Source: Zancudomyces culisetae HAW-14-8 | Taxonomy: Eukaryota; Fungi; Kickxellomycota | Reading direction: 5' to 3' | DNA: 64,000 nucleotides | NCBI GenBank assembly: GCA_052426225.1 | Contig: JBNJNM010000008.1 | Coordinates: 558,001 to 622,000, forward strand | Shown: in pieces, positions 35,730 to 48,535 of the stretch | Position numbering within the stretch: the stretch's first letter is position 1 | Layout: each line of letters starts with the position of its first letter | Notes under the pieces: generated by a model | The model's input: only the letters and a program-made list of their open reading frames with translations | What the model was told of the DNA's origin: nothing | Databases searched by the model: none | Translations under genes and position numbers: made by a program

Positions 35730-36492
35730 TCTTGGTTTTAGAGCGTAAACAACGTCCTTATACAGAAAACAGTCCGTATATTTAATGTGCTGTAATATCG
35801 CATTTGAGATTATTCAACAAACCACAAAACCATTTCGAAATAGTTACTGGGGGGGTTTTTTTTTTGCTTTTAGCGAATCGTCTGAGCTTTGTTGGCAAAA
35901 CTCGCTGAATTTGCGCAAACAAGTCCTAAAAAAAAAAAGTGAGATTAAACCCGCTAATCAAACCTCACTTTTATCATTTTCGATAATGAGCAAGAGCAAA
36001 AACGAAAAAAAATTAAATAGTGATGAGCTGAGCTGAGATGAGCTGAGGCTATTAATTGGTAAAGGTGGGCTTTGAAAAGAATTTCAGCAAATGGCTGGGT
36101 ATAATAGCAAGGCCTAAAAATAAAATAAAATAAAAGTGAAATTATAATTAACCTCCCAAGATTAGGGCAAAAAAAAAAACAGTGGAATATGGAAAATGGG
36201 ATGTAGGATTTGGGATACGAGTTTCTTTAATATCAAAATTAATCAATTGTCACTTTTTTTTTATCTTTTTTTTTTCAAGCTGCTCTCAAAACTTTTTGTT
36301 TGTATTTTTTTTTTCGATACCAGTTAATAGCTAATTATTTTTTTTATTTTTTATACAATTGATAATTATCAATTTTTTTATCTAGGAAATAAAAAAAAAG
36401 CTAATATCTACATTTCAACACAAATTTTAAATAAAACAGAATCAGGCTTTTTGATTGTAATCATATTTAATTTTGATAGCTAGGAAAGAAAA

Positions 36493-38132
36493 ATGTTCCG
36501 AAACACCGTCAAGATAGGAAGCAGCGTACGCAAGTATGCAACCACAAGCGGCTCAGTGGTATCAAAATTAAGTAATGGAATCAAGGTCGCAGCTGCAGAT
36601 CTTAACAAGGAAGGATCGATGGGCTCTATCTCCATTGTGGTCAAGGCAGGATCTAGATTTGAAGATGCCAATTCGGCTGGTGCAGCACATTTCTTCAAGG
36701 CCTTTGGTTTCAGAGTAAGAGCTAAACATCTACTATCCATTATTCAATAACTCCTTTGGAACATATTCCGGAATTTACTTTATTTTATCTTTTTGAATGT
36801 AAATCTTTTTTTCTTTTTGAAAACAAGCGAACTCTAGTGTTTATTGCTTGTTGATTAGATATGGTATCTATCATTATAACAATGTATTCATATACTAAAC
36901 ACAGAATAACCGGTCAAATAAAAATAGGATTCGGAAAAAAGAACCTCCTTCCGCAAAGTCAGGGAAGCTGAATTGCAAGGTGCTAACTTGAGCGCACAAG
37001 TTACACGAGAAAACGTTATATTTACAGTAGAATGTTTGAAAGTAGATATGTAAGGCAAAAGGAAACATTATTTATTGTCACAAAAAAAAAAGAAATTAAC
37101 TTTACCATTAGATTGAGAATTACGAATTAAAAAGCTATAAAAACAAATGTTTACGTTAAAAAAAATAGACCATACTACTTGGAACAGTTGACAGAGATGG
37201 TAACCAGAACTCTATACAACCCATGGGAATTCGATGCTGTCAAGAGCACAGTTCAGTTTGAATCAAAGCTTGCATCCTCATGCGCAACAACATTGTTGAC
37301 AGAGAAATTGCACAACGTCGCCTTTAGAAGCGGTTTGGGTAACTCACTATACGCTGAATTCCCATCAGCAATCACCAGCAGCAAACAAGTCAAGGAATAC
37401 GCAGCAAGCAACCTTGGTACCGATACCGTCTCAATTGTCGGAACCGGAATCGAGACTGCTAAATTGGTCGAGCTATTGTCCGCTGGACCATTGGCCAAGG
37501 TATCAGGCGCCTCCTCCGCCGCTGCAACTGCCAAGGCAGCCACAAAGTTCCATCCAGGAAGCCAGGCACACATTACTTGCAACTCAGGAGCCTCACAATA
37601 TATTTTGGGATTCCAGACCGAGAGTGCTCAGGCCGCAAGAGTCTTGGCCCATCATTTGGGAACTGGAAAAAACCTCAAATGGATGACTTCTAGTGGATTC
37701 CCACTCATCAACACCTCCATTAAAACCGGTGCCTCAGTATTCGCCTTCCCTTGTGTCTACTCTGATGCCTCCATGCTCGCTGTCTCTGTCGCCACCTCCA
37801 ACGACCTCATCGCCTCAACCACCAAACAAGTTGTTGACCAACTCAAGGCTACTGCCTCATCCATTGATGATGTTGCTGCCTCCCGCGCAGTCGCAAACAC
37901 CAAGATGGCTGCTTACCAAGCATTCGAATCTGCTGGATCCCTCCGTTCATCATTGGTAGAAATGGTCACCTCCCAGAACGCCACATCGCTCGCTGATGTT
38001 GCATCTGCCTACGATTCCCTCAACGCCAGCTCTGTGTCCGCATTGGCTTCCAAGACCTTCAATGCTAAGCCTGTTGGTGTTTCTCTAGGAAATGCCCAAT
38101 CCGTTCCTTACCTCGACACACTTGGCTTCTAA
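36493..38132 (+). CDS. QCR2: Cytochrome bc1 complex core subunit 2 (M16 family)
   Basis: Exons 36493-36714, 36928-37049 and 37169-38132. Presequence, 'VKAGSRFE..GAAHF', 'REAELQG..L....TREN', 'LHNVAFRSGLGNSL' and 'GN...VPYLD.L'. Strong C-ending codon bias typical of highly expressed genes. Confidence 0.9.
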
Positions 38133-39241
38133 TTTACTTTTTTTAATCTTTTTTTATATTCAATCAAAATCAATCTAATAAACAAATACATAAAATAACT
38201 CGGACTCATACAGCCCGAGACCATGCAGCCTTATTCAGGATTGGGTGGTTTAATATCTTTGATTTTTCTATATCGTTGGGTTTTTCCTGTAGCACACAGT
38301 TCAGTACAGTTGGCTTTTCCTGTCAGGTTGCGGAGAACAACCTTCATCAAGGCACATTATCAAATCAAGCGCAATCTCAGGAATGAATGAGTCAAAAGAT
38401 TTATTTTGATTGGGGTTGCTTATTTTTCTTGCAAAGAGTACGGATAAGTAGAAGTTTGCCTAAAACTCTTAATCCAGGACGATGGTATCTTTTTTTTTTA
38501 GTTTTGGTTAATATTGGTATTGATATTAGTATTAACATCATCATTACATTAATTTGGCAAATAAAAGACGCATAAAACATTCTAGTATCTACCCGTTAAT
38601 AGTGTCATACATATACATAACCAAACTGGGGAGAGTACAAATATTGATTACCAATACTGCAGTATTGCAGCTTTGTTTGAATTGAATAAAAATAAGCCCA
38701 TCTCCCAACAATTACGCGGGTAATACTCAAAATGGTATCTTTTTAAACTGGACAAACTAGGAAGGTATGAGTATAAAAAAAACAGAATGGCTTTTCGAAA
38801 ATCGGAAAAGTGGAAAGCTAAAAGTGACTAAAATAGAATCAAACAAACAAATATGCAATAAACGAAAAATAATAATGCTACTAGTGGGAAAAAAAAAGAA
38901 AAAAGACGTTGGGGAACAGAGGGCAGAAAATAGGAGCTAAGAAGAAGAAACAAAAGTAAGGAATGAACATGAACCAAGAGAAATATATAAGTAGTGGGTC
39001 GGCTTTTCCCCTCCACTTCCTTTTGATCTATCTTTTCTCGTATCACTTGTTTGTATTAAAATAATAATAAAGATACAATTGAATAAAGTATTTATTATAT
39101 CAACGGTAAGTGGTTTCACTCTACAATAAAATATCATTGATGTTTTATTATACTTTCTAGGTATGTTGAGTTTGGTGATAGTTGCTAAACACATATTTGT
39201 GAATGTTTTGTGGAATAGAACTTGGAAATAGTCAAAAAAAA

Positions 39242-39913
39242 ATGGTTCAAAGCATCAAGTGGGCAGTAGGGTTATTAGGATTGGGATTTATGTATTCAGT
39301 ACAGTCAAAAGTTGATATTAGTCTCGATCAAGCAAAAACAGAACCAAAAGACTATAGGATTGCTATAAACGTGGATGGTGTTGATTCAGGAATATTACTT
39401 CAACCATTTGTATTACCTGATGGTACTGTTAATCCTCAGCTAGGAGTCATAACTTCAACAACTGGCGTGCAAGCTCTTAAAGGGGGGGCTAGTGCATGGG
39501 TTGAAATTGTAAGTGCACGAGGTGAAGTTGCTGCTGACCATTATCCAGTAGGTAAAATTAGATGTACTAGTTTACCCGATGGTAGTGCGGAATGCAATGT
39601 GCTTGATTTGCCCAGAGTAATGGAAGGAACAGCAGCAACAATTGCACGAGCTGCACGAGAATCAGCAAGAAAAGCACAAGATTATGCAATTCAAGCAAAA
39701 ACAGAAGCAGAAACAGTAAAAGCAGCAGAAGCAGAAAAAGCACAAGCGGCAGCAAAAGTAGCGGAAACAGCAGCAAAATCAGCAGAAGCAGCAGCAAAAT
39801 CAGCAGAAGCAGCAAAAACAGATTCTCTAGCACAAACAGAAGCACAAAAAGCAGAAGAACAAGAATTAATAGCATTAGAGCAATTAGATTTTATATTAAA
39901 CTTGCCTAAATAA
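39242..39913 (+). CDS. Secreted/surface protein with Ala/Glu/Lys-rich helical tail (223 aa)
   Basis: Signal peptide MVQSIKWAVGLLGLGFMYSVQS, a globular region with a Cys pair, then AAKSAEAAAKSAEAA repeats. Confidence 0.7.
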   Translation: MVQSIKWAVGLLGLGFMYSVQSKVDISLDQAKTEPKDYRIAINVDGVDSGILLQPFVLPDGTVNPQLGVITSTTGVQALKGGASAWVEIVSARGEVAADHYPVGKIRCTSLPDGSAECNVLDLPRVMEGTAATIARAARESARKAQDYAIQAKTEAETVKAAEAEKAQAAAKVAETAAKSAEAAAKSAEAAKTDSLAQTEAQKAEEQELIALEQLDFILNLPK

Positions 39914-40224
39914 TAGCTATAACATAATCTTGGGTAACAGAAATAGGAGTAGGGGTAAGAGAAGGCACTGATGGAAATAATGACAAAGTTGACATTATTA
40001 AAATTATTTTTCGTTTTTTGGGTAGTTTATTTGATTCACATTGATTTTACGTTTATTTGTTTACCCTAAAAATAAAATCGATTAACACAAAAAAGAAAAT
40101 TACAGTCCTTACTTTGCTCAACATTCATTTATTTACTATTTAATTTCTTTCTTTTATTACCAGAGATAATCCAAAGTTGTTGAAAAAAATAAAATAATAA
40201 ACAAAGCATCCACAAAACGATAAA

Positions 40225-41509
40225 ATGACGAAACAGGAATTCATAGCCTCTTTGGACAAATTGCTGGAATTTGTCGAGCAGGACATGAAATTGTTCGAAG
40301 CAACCCCCGAAATGATTGATCGGGTTAAGCATGTAAGGCCCTTCTCCTTTCGATATTCTTACAAACTACATTTTCCTTGTACAATGTACTACAACATACC
40401 TTACTTTGTTAAAGATGAGGGAGAAAGGAAGCAAGAATATTTACAGTACACCTTTGCGTTTATATCAAAATAGGTTGTTTCGTACAATATTCAAGGTGGA
40501 AAAATGAACAGAGGTCTGGCCGTTGTTGAATCAGTGGAATTGTTGATGGGTGATCAGTGCACACCTGAAATCAAAGAAAAGGCAATCATACTGGGATGGT
40601 GTGTAGAATGGGTAAGGTGCTAGGCTATTATCATCCATAAAATGAGAAACATGATCTAATAACAACACCAAGCTTATGAAAATAAATATTGATATATACT
40701 TGTAGTTGCAAGCATTTTTCCTTATTGCTGATGATATCATGGACGACTCCCCAATGAGACGAGGAAATCCATCATGGTTCAAAAACCCAGGAATCGGAAT
40801 GATCGCAATCAATGACTCATTTATCATGGAGGCGCTAATATATCGTATATTAAAACGATATTTCAGGGATCAACCATACTATTTGGACTTGCTAGAACTA
40901 TTCCTGGAAGTTAGTTACCAAACCGAGTTGGGTCAAATGGTGGATTTGATCACAGCACCAGAAGATTCAGTTGATTTGAGTCAGTTTTCGCTGGACAAGC
41001 ACACTTTTATTGTCAAGTACAAGACAGCATTCTACTCATTTTATCTGCCTGTTGCTCTCGCATTCCATGTCTGTGGGTTTAAATCTACTGAAACTGATCC
41101 AAAAAAGAACGTGTTCGAAATTGCAAAATCTATTCTTGTCCCAATGGGAATTTACTTCCAAGTTCAAGATGACTACATAGATTTATATGGCGATCCAAGC
41201 CTTACTGGTAAGATAGGAACAGACATCAAGGATAACAAGTGCTCATGGCTAATAATCATGGCACTTTCCAAGGCTTCTGAGCAACAACGTCAATTGCTTG
41301 ATGCTCACTATGGAAGAAAATCAGATGCTGATGAGCAAGTGGTTAAGCAAATCTACAAAGAGTTGGATGTGAACAGCATCTTTGTCAACTACAGCCAAAA
41401 GACAGAGCTAGAGCTATCTACCCTAATCGAAAACACCAAATCGTTTGATCCCAAAGTTTCTGCAGTGCTAAACAACTTTTTCTCCAAGATCTCAAACAGA
41501 AAGAAATAG
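40225..41509 (+). CDS. ERG20: Farnesyl diphosphate synthase
   Basis: Exons 40225-40332, 40474-40611 and 40706-41509. Motifs GGKMNRG, GWCVEWLQAFFLIADDIMD (FARM), KTAFYSF, FQVQDDYID (SARM) and GKIGTDIKDNKCSW. Confidence 0.96.
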
Positions 41510-41586
41510 TTTAACATTATCTGATCTATTATTTTTTATTTCATTATTACATTATTAATAACCATTCATCTATTTGGCAATTAACC

Positions 41587-42741
41587 CTAATAAAATTTGA
41601 CTTTGTCGAATTCTGAACATAAAAAGTCCTTTTTATCGGAATCACAGCTCGTGTCATTGATTTTAAACGAAAACAAAAAGCAATAATGCTTAAGAAGCAG
41701 CTCCAGCTCTTCAAACTCATCAACAATCTCAAGTCTTTTCGTTCGTTGTAGTTCAGTCATCGGAACTCCTCTTGTATAATATTCCCACAGATCGATTACT
41801 TTCACGGAATCCCACCCTAAATCCAGGTACCGTTTTCGTTGAGAATTAATATCTGGGCAACCCTCGAGTCCGTTCAGCTCAATTCCGTAGTTATCCCGCA
41901 AATTTACGACCATCCGCTGTCCAAAAGGATCAAAAGGATGGATCATATCGTACGTCAACATGGCTACAACGCTATGTATACTATCAGTTATCCAATTTAG
42001 TATCTTTTGTGTATATTGGGGCTTCAAGTACACCAACAGACACTCTGAAAGTATCAAAGTCGGGATGCTGCTATCATATCCATATTTGCAGAGCTTATCA
42101 ACTATTACTGTATCGAATTCACGCAAATCCCCTGATATAATACAATAATCACTGCTATCCAGCTCACAAATTTCTCCATTTTCGGTTTTAACACATTGTA
42201 CTTCATCCAACACATCGAATAGCTGCCTATTCTTGTTTATTATCCCTATCTTTGCCTGTGTTACGGTCGGGAAGTCTACTTCAAAGTACTTTTTCACTAC
42301 AAGCCCCTTATCCTGTTTCAGAATGAAATATGCTGTATCAAAGCCAGCGCCTAGTGATAGTATTTGGCATTCCTTTGTTCCAATCTCACTAAATTTCGAT
42401 ATAAACTGCGCCAAAATACTCTGAACGCCTGTAAACCTTAAATATGTTCCCACATTCATTATTGGAAATCTTTTTTGGCTACTTTTTCTGCTTCCTCTTC
42501 GCTTGTTCAACATCCCAAGCTCGAATATTGAGCTATTTATACTATGTCTGGGCGTGGAATTTGATTGGAATCCGATATTACTTCCAATAGACTGATCTGT
42601 TTCCTCGGGTTCGTGTGCTCCCGTAAAAAACTTGACATAGTTATCTACTATATATCCCTTTTCGTGCGCACTGAGCCGGCTTTGTGCCGCCTGCTCACAT
42701 GTCTTTATTATAGGTATATCTCTGGTCTTTTCTGCCGGCAT
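41587..42741 (-). CDS. PPM1: Leucine carboxyl methyltransferase 1 (PP2A methyltransferase)
   Basis: Motifs 'PIMNVGTYLR', 'QILSLGAGFDT', 'FEVDFP', 'PTLILSECLLVYL', 'DPFGQRM..NL' and 'LEIVDEFEEL.LLLKHYC'. No Kelch domain, so PPM1 rather than PPM2/TYW4. Confidence 0.9.
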   Translation of the reverse strand: MPAEKTRDIPIIKTCEQAAQSRLSAHEKGYIVDNYVKFFTGAHEPEETDQSIGSNIGFQSNSTPRHSINSSIFELGMLNKRRGSRKSSQKRFPIMNVGTYLRFTGVQSILAQFISKFSEIGTKECQILSLGAGFDTAYFILKQDKGLVVKKYFEVDFPTVTQAKIGIINKNRQLFDVLDEVQCVKTENGEICELDSSDYCIISGDLREFDTVIVDKLCKYGYDSSIPTLILSECLLVYLKPQYTQKILNWITDSIHSVVAMLTYDMIHPFDPFGQRMVVNLRDNYGIELNGLEGCPDINSQRKRYLDLGWDSVKVIDLWEYYTRGVPMTELQRTKRLEIVDEFEELELLLKHYCFLFSFKINDTSCDSDKKDFLCSEFDKVKFY

Positions 42742-43401
42742 TGAATTTAACTCTTTTTTAGCTACTTGGCCTTGGTTTGAAGTTAAATTTGTATGTTTGT
42801 TTTAAAACTATGGGTTTTCTTTTGGTAATTATATTACTATTTTTGTTTGGCAAAATGAATTTGTAAGCAATGGTTATAAAGCTCGAAAATAGTAAAAACA
42901 GCCCAGGTAATAAAACCCAGAACCAGCGGGAAAGCAGAAATCAAAAGATCAGGCTACTCCATTTTTGCGGACCCAATCACGTTCAGCATCCGAGACTTGC
43001 TTTTTTTTAACACTGAAATACACAGTTGGTGTCAAATGTTAGATTTAGACGTCATTATTAGTAAGTAGCTCGCGCTAGAAGCACAGTGCTCACCAGTCAG
43101 GTAAAAGTTTGATGTTACTATATTGAAAAAAACTAGAGGAAGTTAACCCACAATACAAACACTACCCTATTAGTGTTGCTTTCATCCTACCGATACCATA
43201 ATAGTAAACGATATCTCTTTTATGTATTTTCTGTAATATTATAGAGTTTCTTGTTTTACAATTCTAGTACTCTGAACTACAGTAATATTCGCAAGAGAAA
43301 AACAACATAAAGGGTTCAAACAGTTTCTATTTACGACTTACTACATTCTAAAAAAAATAAAAATGAAGACAGAATGCCGATACATAAGGGGGAGGGGGGG
43401 A

Positions 43402-43608
43402 TTAATTCCGATTGTGGTTCATGTAATTGTCCATACAGTCCTTAAACGCTTTTAGCTCTTTTGTGCACTTTCTCCAGTCCTTTGTGTCGAATTTGCATAT
43501 CAAGAGTGCCTCGTTCTCCTTGTGGCATCCTGTTCGTCTGATTCGTGCATCCCATTCGTCTTCTTCATCGTCTTCAATTTGTATATTTTTGTTTTGAATA
43601 TCCGACAT
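43402..43608 (-). CDS. COA4: Cytochrome c oxidase assembly factor 4 (twin CX9C)
   Basis: 'DEWDARIRRTGC..EN..L..C..DTKDWRKC..E...FK.CM' twin Cx9C pattern. Confidence 0.88.
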   Translation of the reverse strand: MSDIQNKNIQIEDDEEDEWDARIRRTGCHKENEALLICKFDTKDWRKCTKELKAFKDCMDNYMNHNRN

Positions 43609-44044
43609 GTTTTCTCATATACTAATATATTGTTATTTTATAAAGCGAAAACAAGATAATAACTGTGATGTCAACACGCAACAGGAAAAAAAAGCAGCTT
43701 TAAATCGGAAAAGTACTGAAATCTTGCTTGGCCTGTTGATTTTCCTGTTCACTGGCATAAAAATCGCATGGTTTTTCTTTTTGGTGAGCTTTAGTTATCA
43801 ACCTCTGCCTTTTTTTTTGATCCAGTAAAAATGCGATAAAAGATATATGTCTGATTCACAAATCCAATAGTTACAATCAAGCAATCCCCATCATACTTTT
43901 AAGCCAAAAACAAGAAAAAATAGCAAACACGCTCTATATACTTTTAAACAAAGAAGCTAGCTGGCCAATCTGCTGTGAATCAGTAGTACCCATTTATATA
44001 ATAAAAGGTAAAAAATATACACAAAACACATTTACAATTACAGG

Positions 44045-45151
44045 ATGGATAAAGTATACATATATACTGAAGAAGAAACGATAATAGATAAAGGGTATAG
44101 CATTGTTGAGCTAGACGGAAAAAAATATCGGGTAAAAACAACGAATTCACAGGGAACTTCAGTTCTACCAAAACTCACAGGGATCAACAAGGGCTCCAAA
44201 AGTACAAAAACATCAAAAATTGTAAGTGAGGTGCTGTACATTCCCATATCAATACAGGAGAGCGTGTTCCAAGAAAAAGTTTTTGATCCGGTGTATCCAA
44301 GCAAAAAGTTAAAAGAATTTGTTGAAGAACTGGTTGATTTTACAGTAGACCAAGATAACGAAACCATTGAACTTACAGGGACAGTTGAAAGTATTCAAAT
44401 GGCAAAGAGCAAGATGATAAATTTGGCAGCCAGGCATGCCAAAAAACTATCATATACCCACTTTATTTCTTTTCCGATCCAAACCAATAGTGTTCGGTTG
44501 TCTATCGAAAAGATTCAGCAGGATATAATAGAAATGGGCATCCCAGATATAGACGCACGAAACAACAGTTTTATTAAAAAGGAGAAGCTGCACTTTACAC
44601 TAGGAATGCTGGCCCTACCCAACAGTGCATATGTAGAAAAGGCTGCCAGTATTGTATCAGAACTGAAAACTGTTTTGTACAGAGAGTTAAACAATGCGCC
44701 TTTACAAGTAGATATAAAAGGGTTGGCAATTATGGGTCCAAAAGATTCAAAGGTTGGAAGTGTATTATATGCTAAAGTGAAGAATAACGAAAATGGTATC
44801 AGGATGCTACATGTTTGTGAGTTGATAAGAGCTGAATTTTATAAGGCAGGGTTGTTACTAGAAAGCGATAAAAACAAGCGGCTGCTACTGCATGCCACAG
44901 TCATCAATACTAGATACAATAGGAATAACAGTAGCAACGATAATGCTAAAACCTTGTTGAATGCTGAAAATAATGGCGTTGGAGGGGGGCGAAATTCGAA
45001 TACATCCCGTACAAACTTTTCCCAGGTATTGGATACATACAAAGATGTGGATATTGGCTCTTGTATTCTAAAAGAGCTACAGATAGCGAAAAGATTCAAG
45101 TTCAATGAGGATGGGTCATATTTTAGTGAGGGTACATTACAACTTCCTTAG
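44045..45151 (+). CDS. ASCC1: ASCC1-like protein (degenerate KH-like region + 2H phosphoesterase/AKAP7-like domain)
   Basis: 'YTHFISFP', 'KLHFTLGML', 'VLYAKV' and 'LLHATVINTRY' (two HxT motifs), ending 'DGSY....L.LP'. Confidence 0.8.
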   Translation: MDKVYIYTEEETIIDKGYSIVELDGKKYRVKTTNSQGTSVLPKLTGINKGSKSTKTSKIVSEVLYIPISIQESVFQEKVFDPVYPSKKLKEFVEELVDFTVDQDNETIELTGTVESIQMAKSKMINLAARHAKKLSYTHFISFPIQTNSVRLSIEKIQQDIIEMGIPDIDARNNSFIKKEKLHFTLGMLALPNSAYVEKAASIVSELKTVLYRELNNAPLQVDIKGLAIMGPKDSKVGSVLYAKVKNNENGIRMLHVCELIRAEFYKAGLLLESDKNKRLLLHATVINTRYNRNNSSNDNAKTLLNAENNGVGGGRNSNTSRTNFSQVLDTYKDVDIGSCILKELQIAKRFKFNEDGSYFSEGTLQLP

Positions 45152-47690
45152 GGTTTGAGAAGTGATGATAAGAGAAAGAAGGGAATGGGGGTGGGGATGA
45201 ATACCAGTGAAAGTTCTTAAGCCTGGGTATGTATTTTGTGTTGTGTTAGATACATCCTTCTGGCAAAGGAAGTTTATAGTCGCATACTGACCTTGTTATA
45301 TTGCTAGGGCTTAATTTACTGTACTGGTTGAAGCACGTTTTGTTGATTTCACTCGATGCAATGCACGCATATAATTTATAGCCGTGTAGAATTTAACACG
45401 CTTTTTTCTATTTTGTTATTCAGTATATCTATACATTGCTTTAAAATCTAGGACTGATTGTTTTGCTTTATAGCTATGGATTTGATGGTTTTTTTCATTG
45501 GACAAAAGGATAGATATTCTCAAACGCGAGTAATCGATAATGCACACCTCTGTGTTTAACTACACCATTTCCGCTTGTATTATTATTTTTTGTTTCGTTG
45601 GCAAACTGTTAGTCAGGGACAGTCATTTGCGCAGATACGCAATATTCTGGGAAATGACATCCTTTTTTTTAAACAATAACCGTGTAAAAGTACCCTTAAT
45701 CCATATATCTAGTCGGTGGCTTAATATTAACAAAGGGTTTACAAATACACGCAATTCCAACCGCAAGACATAGCATCACTAACTTTTCTTTTTCCCGTTT
45801 TGACCACGTTTTGACCCCTCCTTTTTGAAACATTAATTGTGTCTAATAGGTGAAAAGTTCGGCTAGCTAAAAATTCAGTTAATATTAAGATTTTATATAA
45901 CACTTTGATTCCAGAAAATAAATAACAAGAAACTATACCTAAACATTATGTTCTTTCAAGTATTTATGTAGATATAATTTGGTATGACATGACAGGTCAA
46001 TCGGGGTTCAATTCAGTTGAAATGTTGTTTCAACATCCATTTATTAATAGAAAGGTTTATATGCAATTAAAATAAGATCACAGTTGTGTTTACCGCAATA
46101 ACTTGAGGATCTTTTTAGTTGTTTTACTTTCATTTATTCTTTGAAGCCCCCGCAACTACAAGGTATAGGCAGGTTAGAGTGGTTACCAAATATAACACTT
46201 TGGTTAATCTATTATAATACTCTCTGGAAAATTTTATGCTTTTTAGCTCATTTTAATGCGAAGAAACTAGCCTCAATGTAATATTGATTAATTTAGTGCT
46301 ACAATGATGACTTTATCCTTTTTTAGTCTTGGTACACTTTCAGTTATTAGTTTAATTGTAAAATAAAAAGTTAAACTTATAATACCAATATGAACTAATC
46401 GAGAAACATTACACTTTTCAATTCACTCTCATCAAAAGGGGAACAAATATCCCGGTACCAAGCATCGGATTACCAAGGTGGCAATTCTAAAGAGTTGATG
46501 CTGTGGTGGTAATGATAATAATGATAATGGTGGTAATAATGGCGTATACGTCAGTACGATTATTGAGTAGCCAGAGATGAAAAGAGAGAAGTGGTTTATT
46601 TTTTATATAGTTTAAAAAGAAAAAGGCTTCATCTCCAAAATTAATCAAGAGACGTATACTTGGAATAAACAAATGGTTGATTGTTGATATCTTTTTTCTT
46701 CAAAAAGCGGGTATTTGTAATTGTAATTATAATTGTGGTTAAAGGTGTTTTGATGGTGACATTGATGGTGATATTGATATCGTGTACTATTAAAATCTAG
46801 GAATTGTCTGTAAAAAAGAGTTATTAGCTAATACGGCAGAGTTGTAGAGTAGATGATCCGCTTTGATGATTCATTTACTTCTGCCGTACCACTCTCTTCC
46901 CTTCTTCCCCTCTCCCAAAACCATATTATTTGTACACATTTTACACAGTAGCCAACGCTAATTTTGCCACAATAAAACTGCACTCAATGTCAATAGCAAT
47001 GTCAATGTCAATCTTGCTCTTGTCATGTATATTCTTTCCATCAGTTCCACTGTATCATTTTTTAGTTCATGGTGCATGGTCAAGCCTCTGGCTGAAATGA
47101 AATCCAAGCTTTGGCTTGACTTGTATATTTATTTATCCTTAGCTTTTTTTATTTTTTTTATGTTTTTTTACTTTTTGCTTTTTACTATTTGATTTCGGGA
47201 GCAGAAAAAAATGGGGAAAAAACCGTAAAGATATTCAAAAAAAATCGATTGTGAAACAAGGTAATACTCGAAAATTACTAACTTATAACCATTAAGTGTT
47301 ACTACTTTCAATAGATTTGTTTAATTCAACTGGAAATATATCTAAATTTGATAACCATTACTTTGCTTTTGTTTAAATCTTGATTTAGTTGCTGTTTTTG
47401 TTATAAAAAAAATAGTGATAAAAGTGTTCAACCAACCAATGGATATAATGAGAATACTGCTTACAAATAAACATCTGCAATAATAGTGCAATTAGTATAA
47501 TTTAAATTCTAAAAAAGGATATATAGAATATCATAATCAAGATGTTTAACGTAAACTGCGAGTACCTAAGTTCAGATATGTTATGCTAGTGACAGGAGAA
47601 CAACAAATTCAGTCTGCAAAAGGGGAAAATGTCTGAAGATAAAAATACCCGGTGTAACAAGCAGAGAAGTGGAGTGGCAGGAGGGTTGAA

Positions 47691-47730
47691 GGGGGAAAGG
47701 GAGGAAAGGGAGGAAAGGGAGGAAAGGGGG
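47691..47730 (+). repeat. Polypurine tandem repeat (GGAAAGGGA)n
   Basis: gggggaaagggaggaaagggaggaaagggaggaaaggggg seen directly in an intergenic region. Confidence 0.8.
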
Positions 47731-48535
47731 ACGAGGCAGGTGGTTCATGTCCAAGGTCATTATTTGTAACATTACTCATAGCCTTGGTAGAAATATTTAT
47801 AAATGCCTGGATTCTTGTTTGAGCTGTTGCCGCCATTAAAAGCTAGCCTATAAGCTTCAAAGGTGTTCCCTCATCTAATCAAATTTGTTAAACCAAAAAG
47901 ACAAAAAAATAAAACGCTTGATCTTTCCCTCCCCTCACCACTCATTTTTACTCTCACCTTCCTTCCTATTTGAATAAAATCAAGTAAAATTATAGTCTAA
48001 ATACTTGGCCTTTTTTTACTTTTATTATTTTTATTTTTATTTTTTTATTTTGAAACATTTATATGCAAAACCAAGTGTAGGTTCAGTATTATTATTGATG
48101 GTGAACAATAATTGTATTAACTATAAAAACAATCCGATTAATCCATAGTAAAAGTAAAAAGACCCAAAAATTCGCTTAAAAACGTCTTTTCACTGTCTAT
48201 ACAGAATTTATTGCTTTGTGTGTATTAGTATCATAAACCTAAAGACCCAGTAAACCGATCAAAAAAAATTTTTTTATTTGTAAACTTGAGAGGAGAAGAG
48301 GAAGACAAGAATAAATGCTTCTAAAGAACCGACTGCTGAACTCAAGTATTTAGCAAACATAATCCAAGTATACGGCATTGTATTATACTATATTATTTAC
48401 AAGTATTAATAACTTGAATATCAGAACGTAAATTACTACCAATTATTACCAAAACAAAAAAACAAAAACAAAAACAAAAACAGAAGAAAAATATCACAAA
48501 GAGCGATAATAGTCAAAAGGCAGTATCGAGTAACA

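Noticed and set aside
38280-38350. ATGA...AA stem-loop on the - strand resembling a SECIS element
   Set aside because: The 3' GA of the core quartet is not correctly placed, and I found no upstream selenoprotein-like ORF.
42960-43010. Short - strand frame 'SLGC-TGA-T-TGA' resembling a C-terminal Sec motif
   Set aside because: No credible upstream exons or SECIS were found, so it is probably chance.
47609-47836. 75-aa ORF with PPFPPFPP repeats
   Set aside because: Explained by the polypurine tandem repeat, with no other coding signal.
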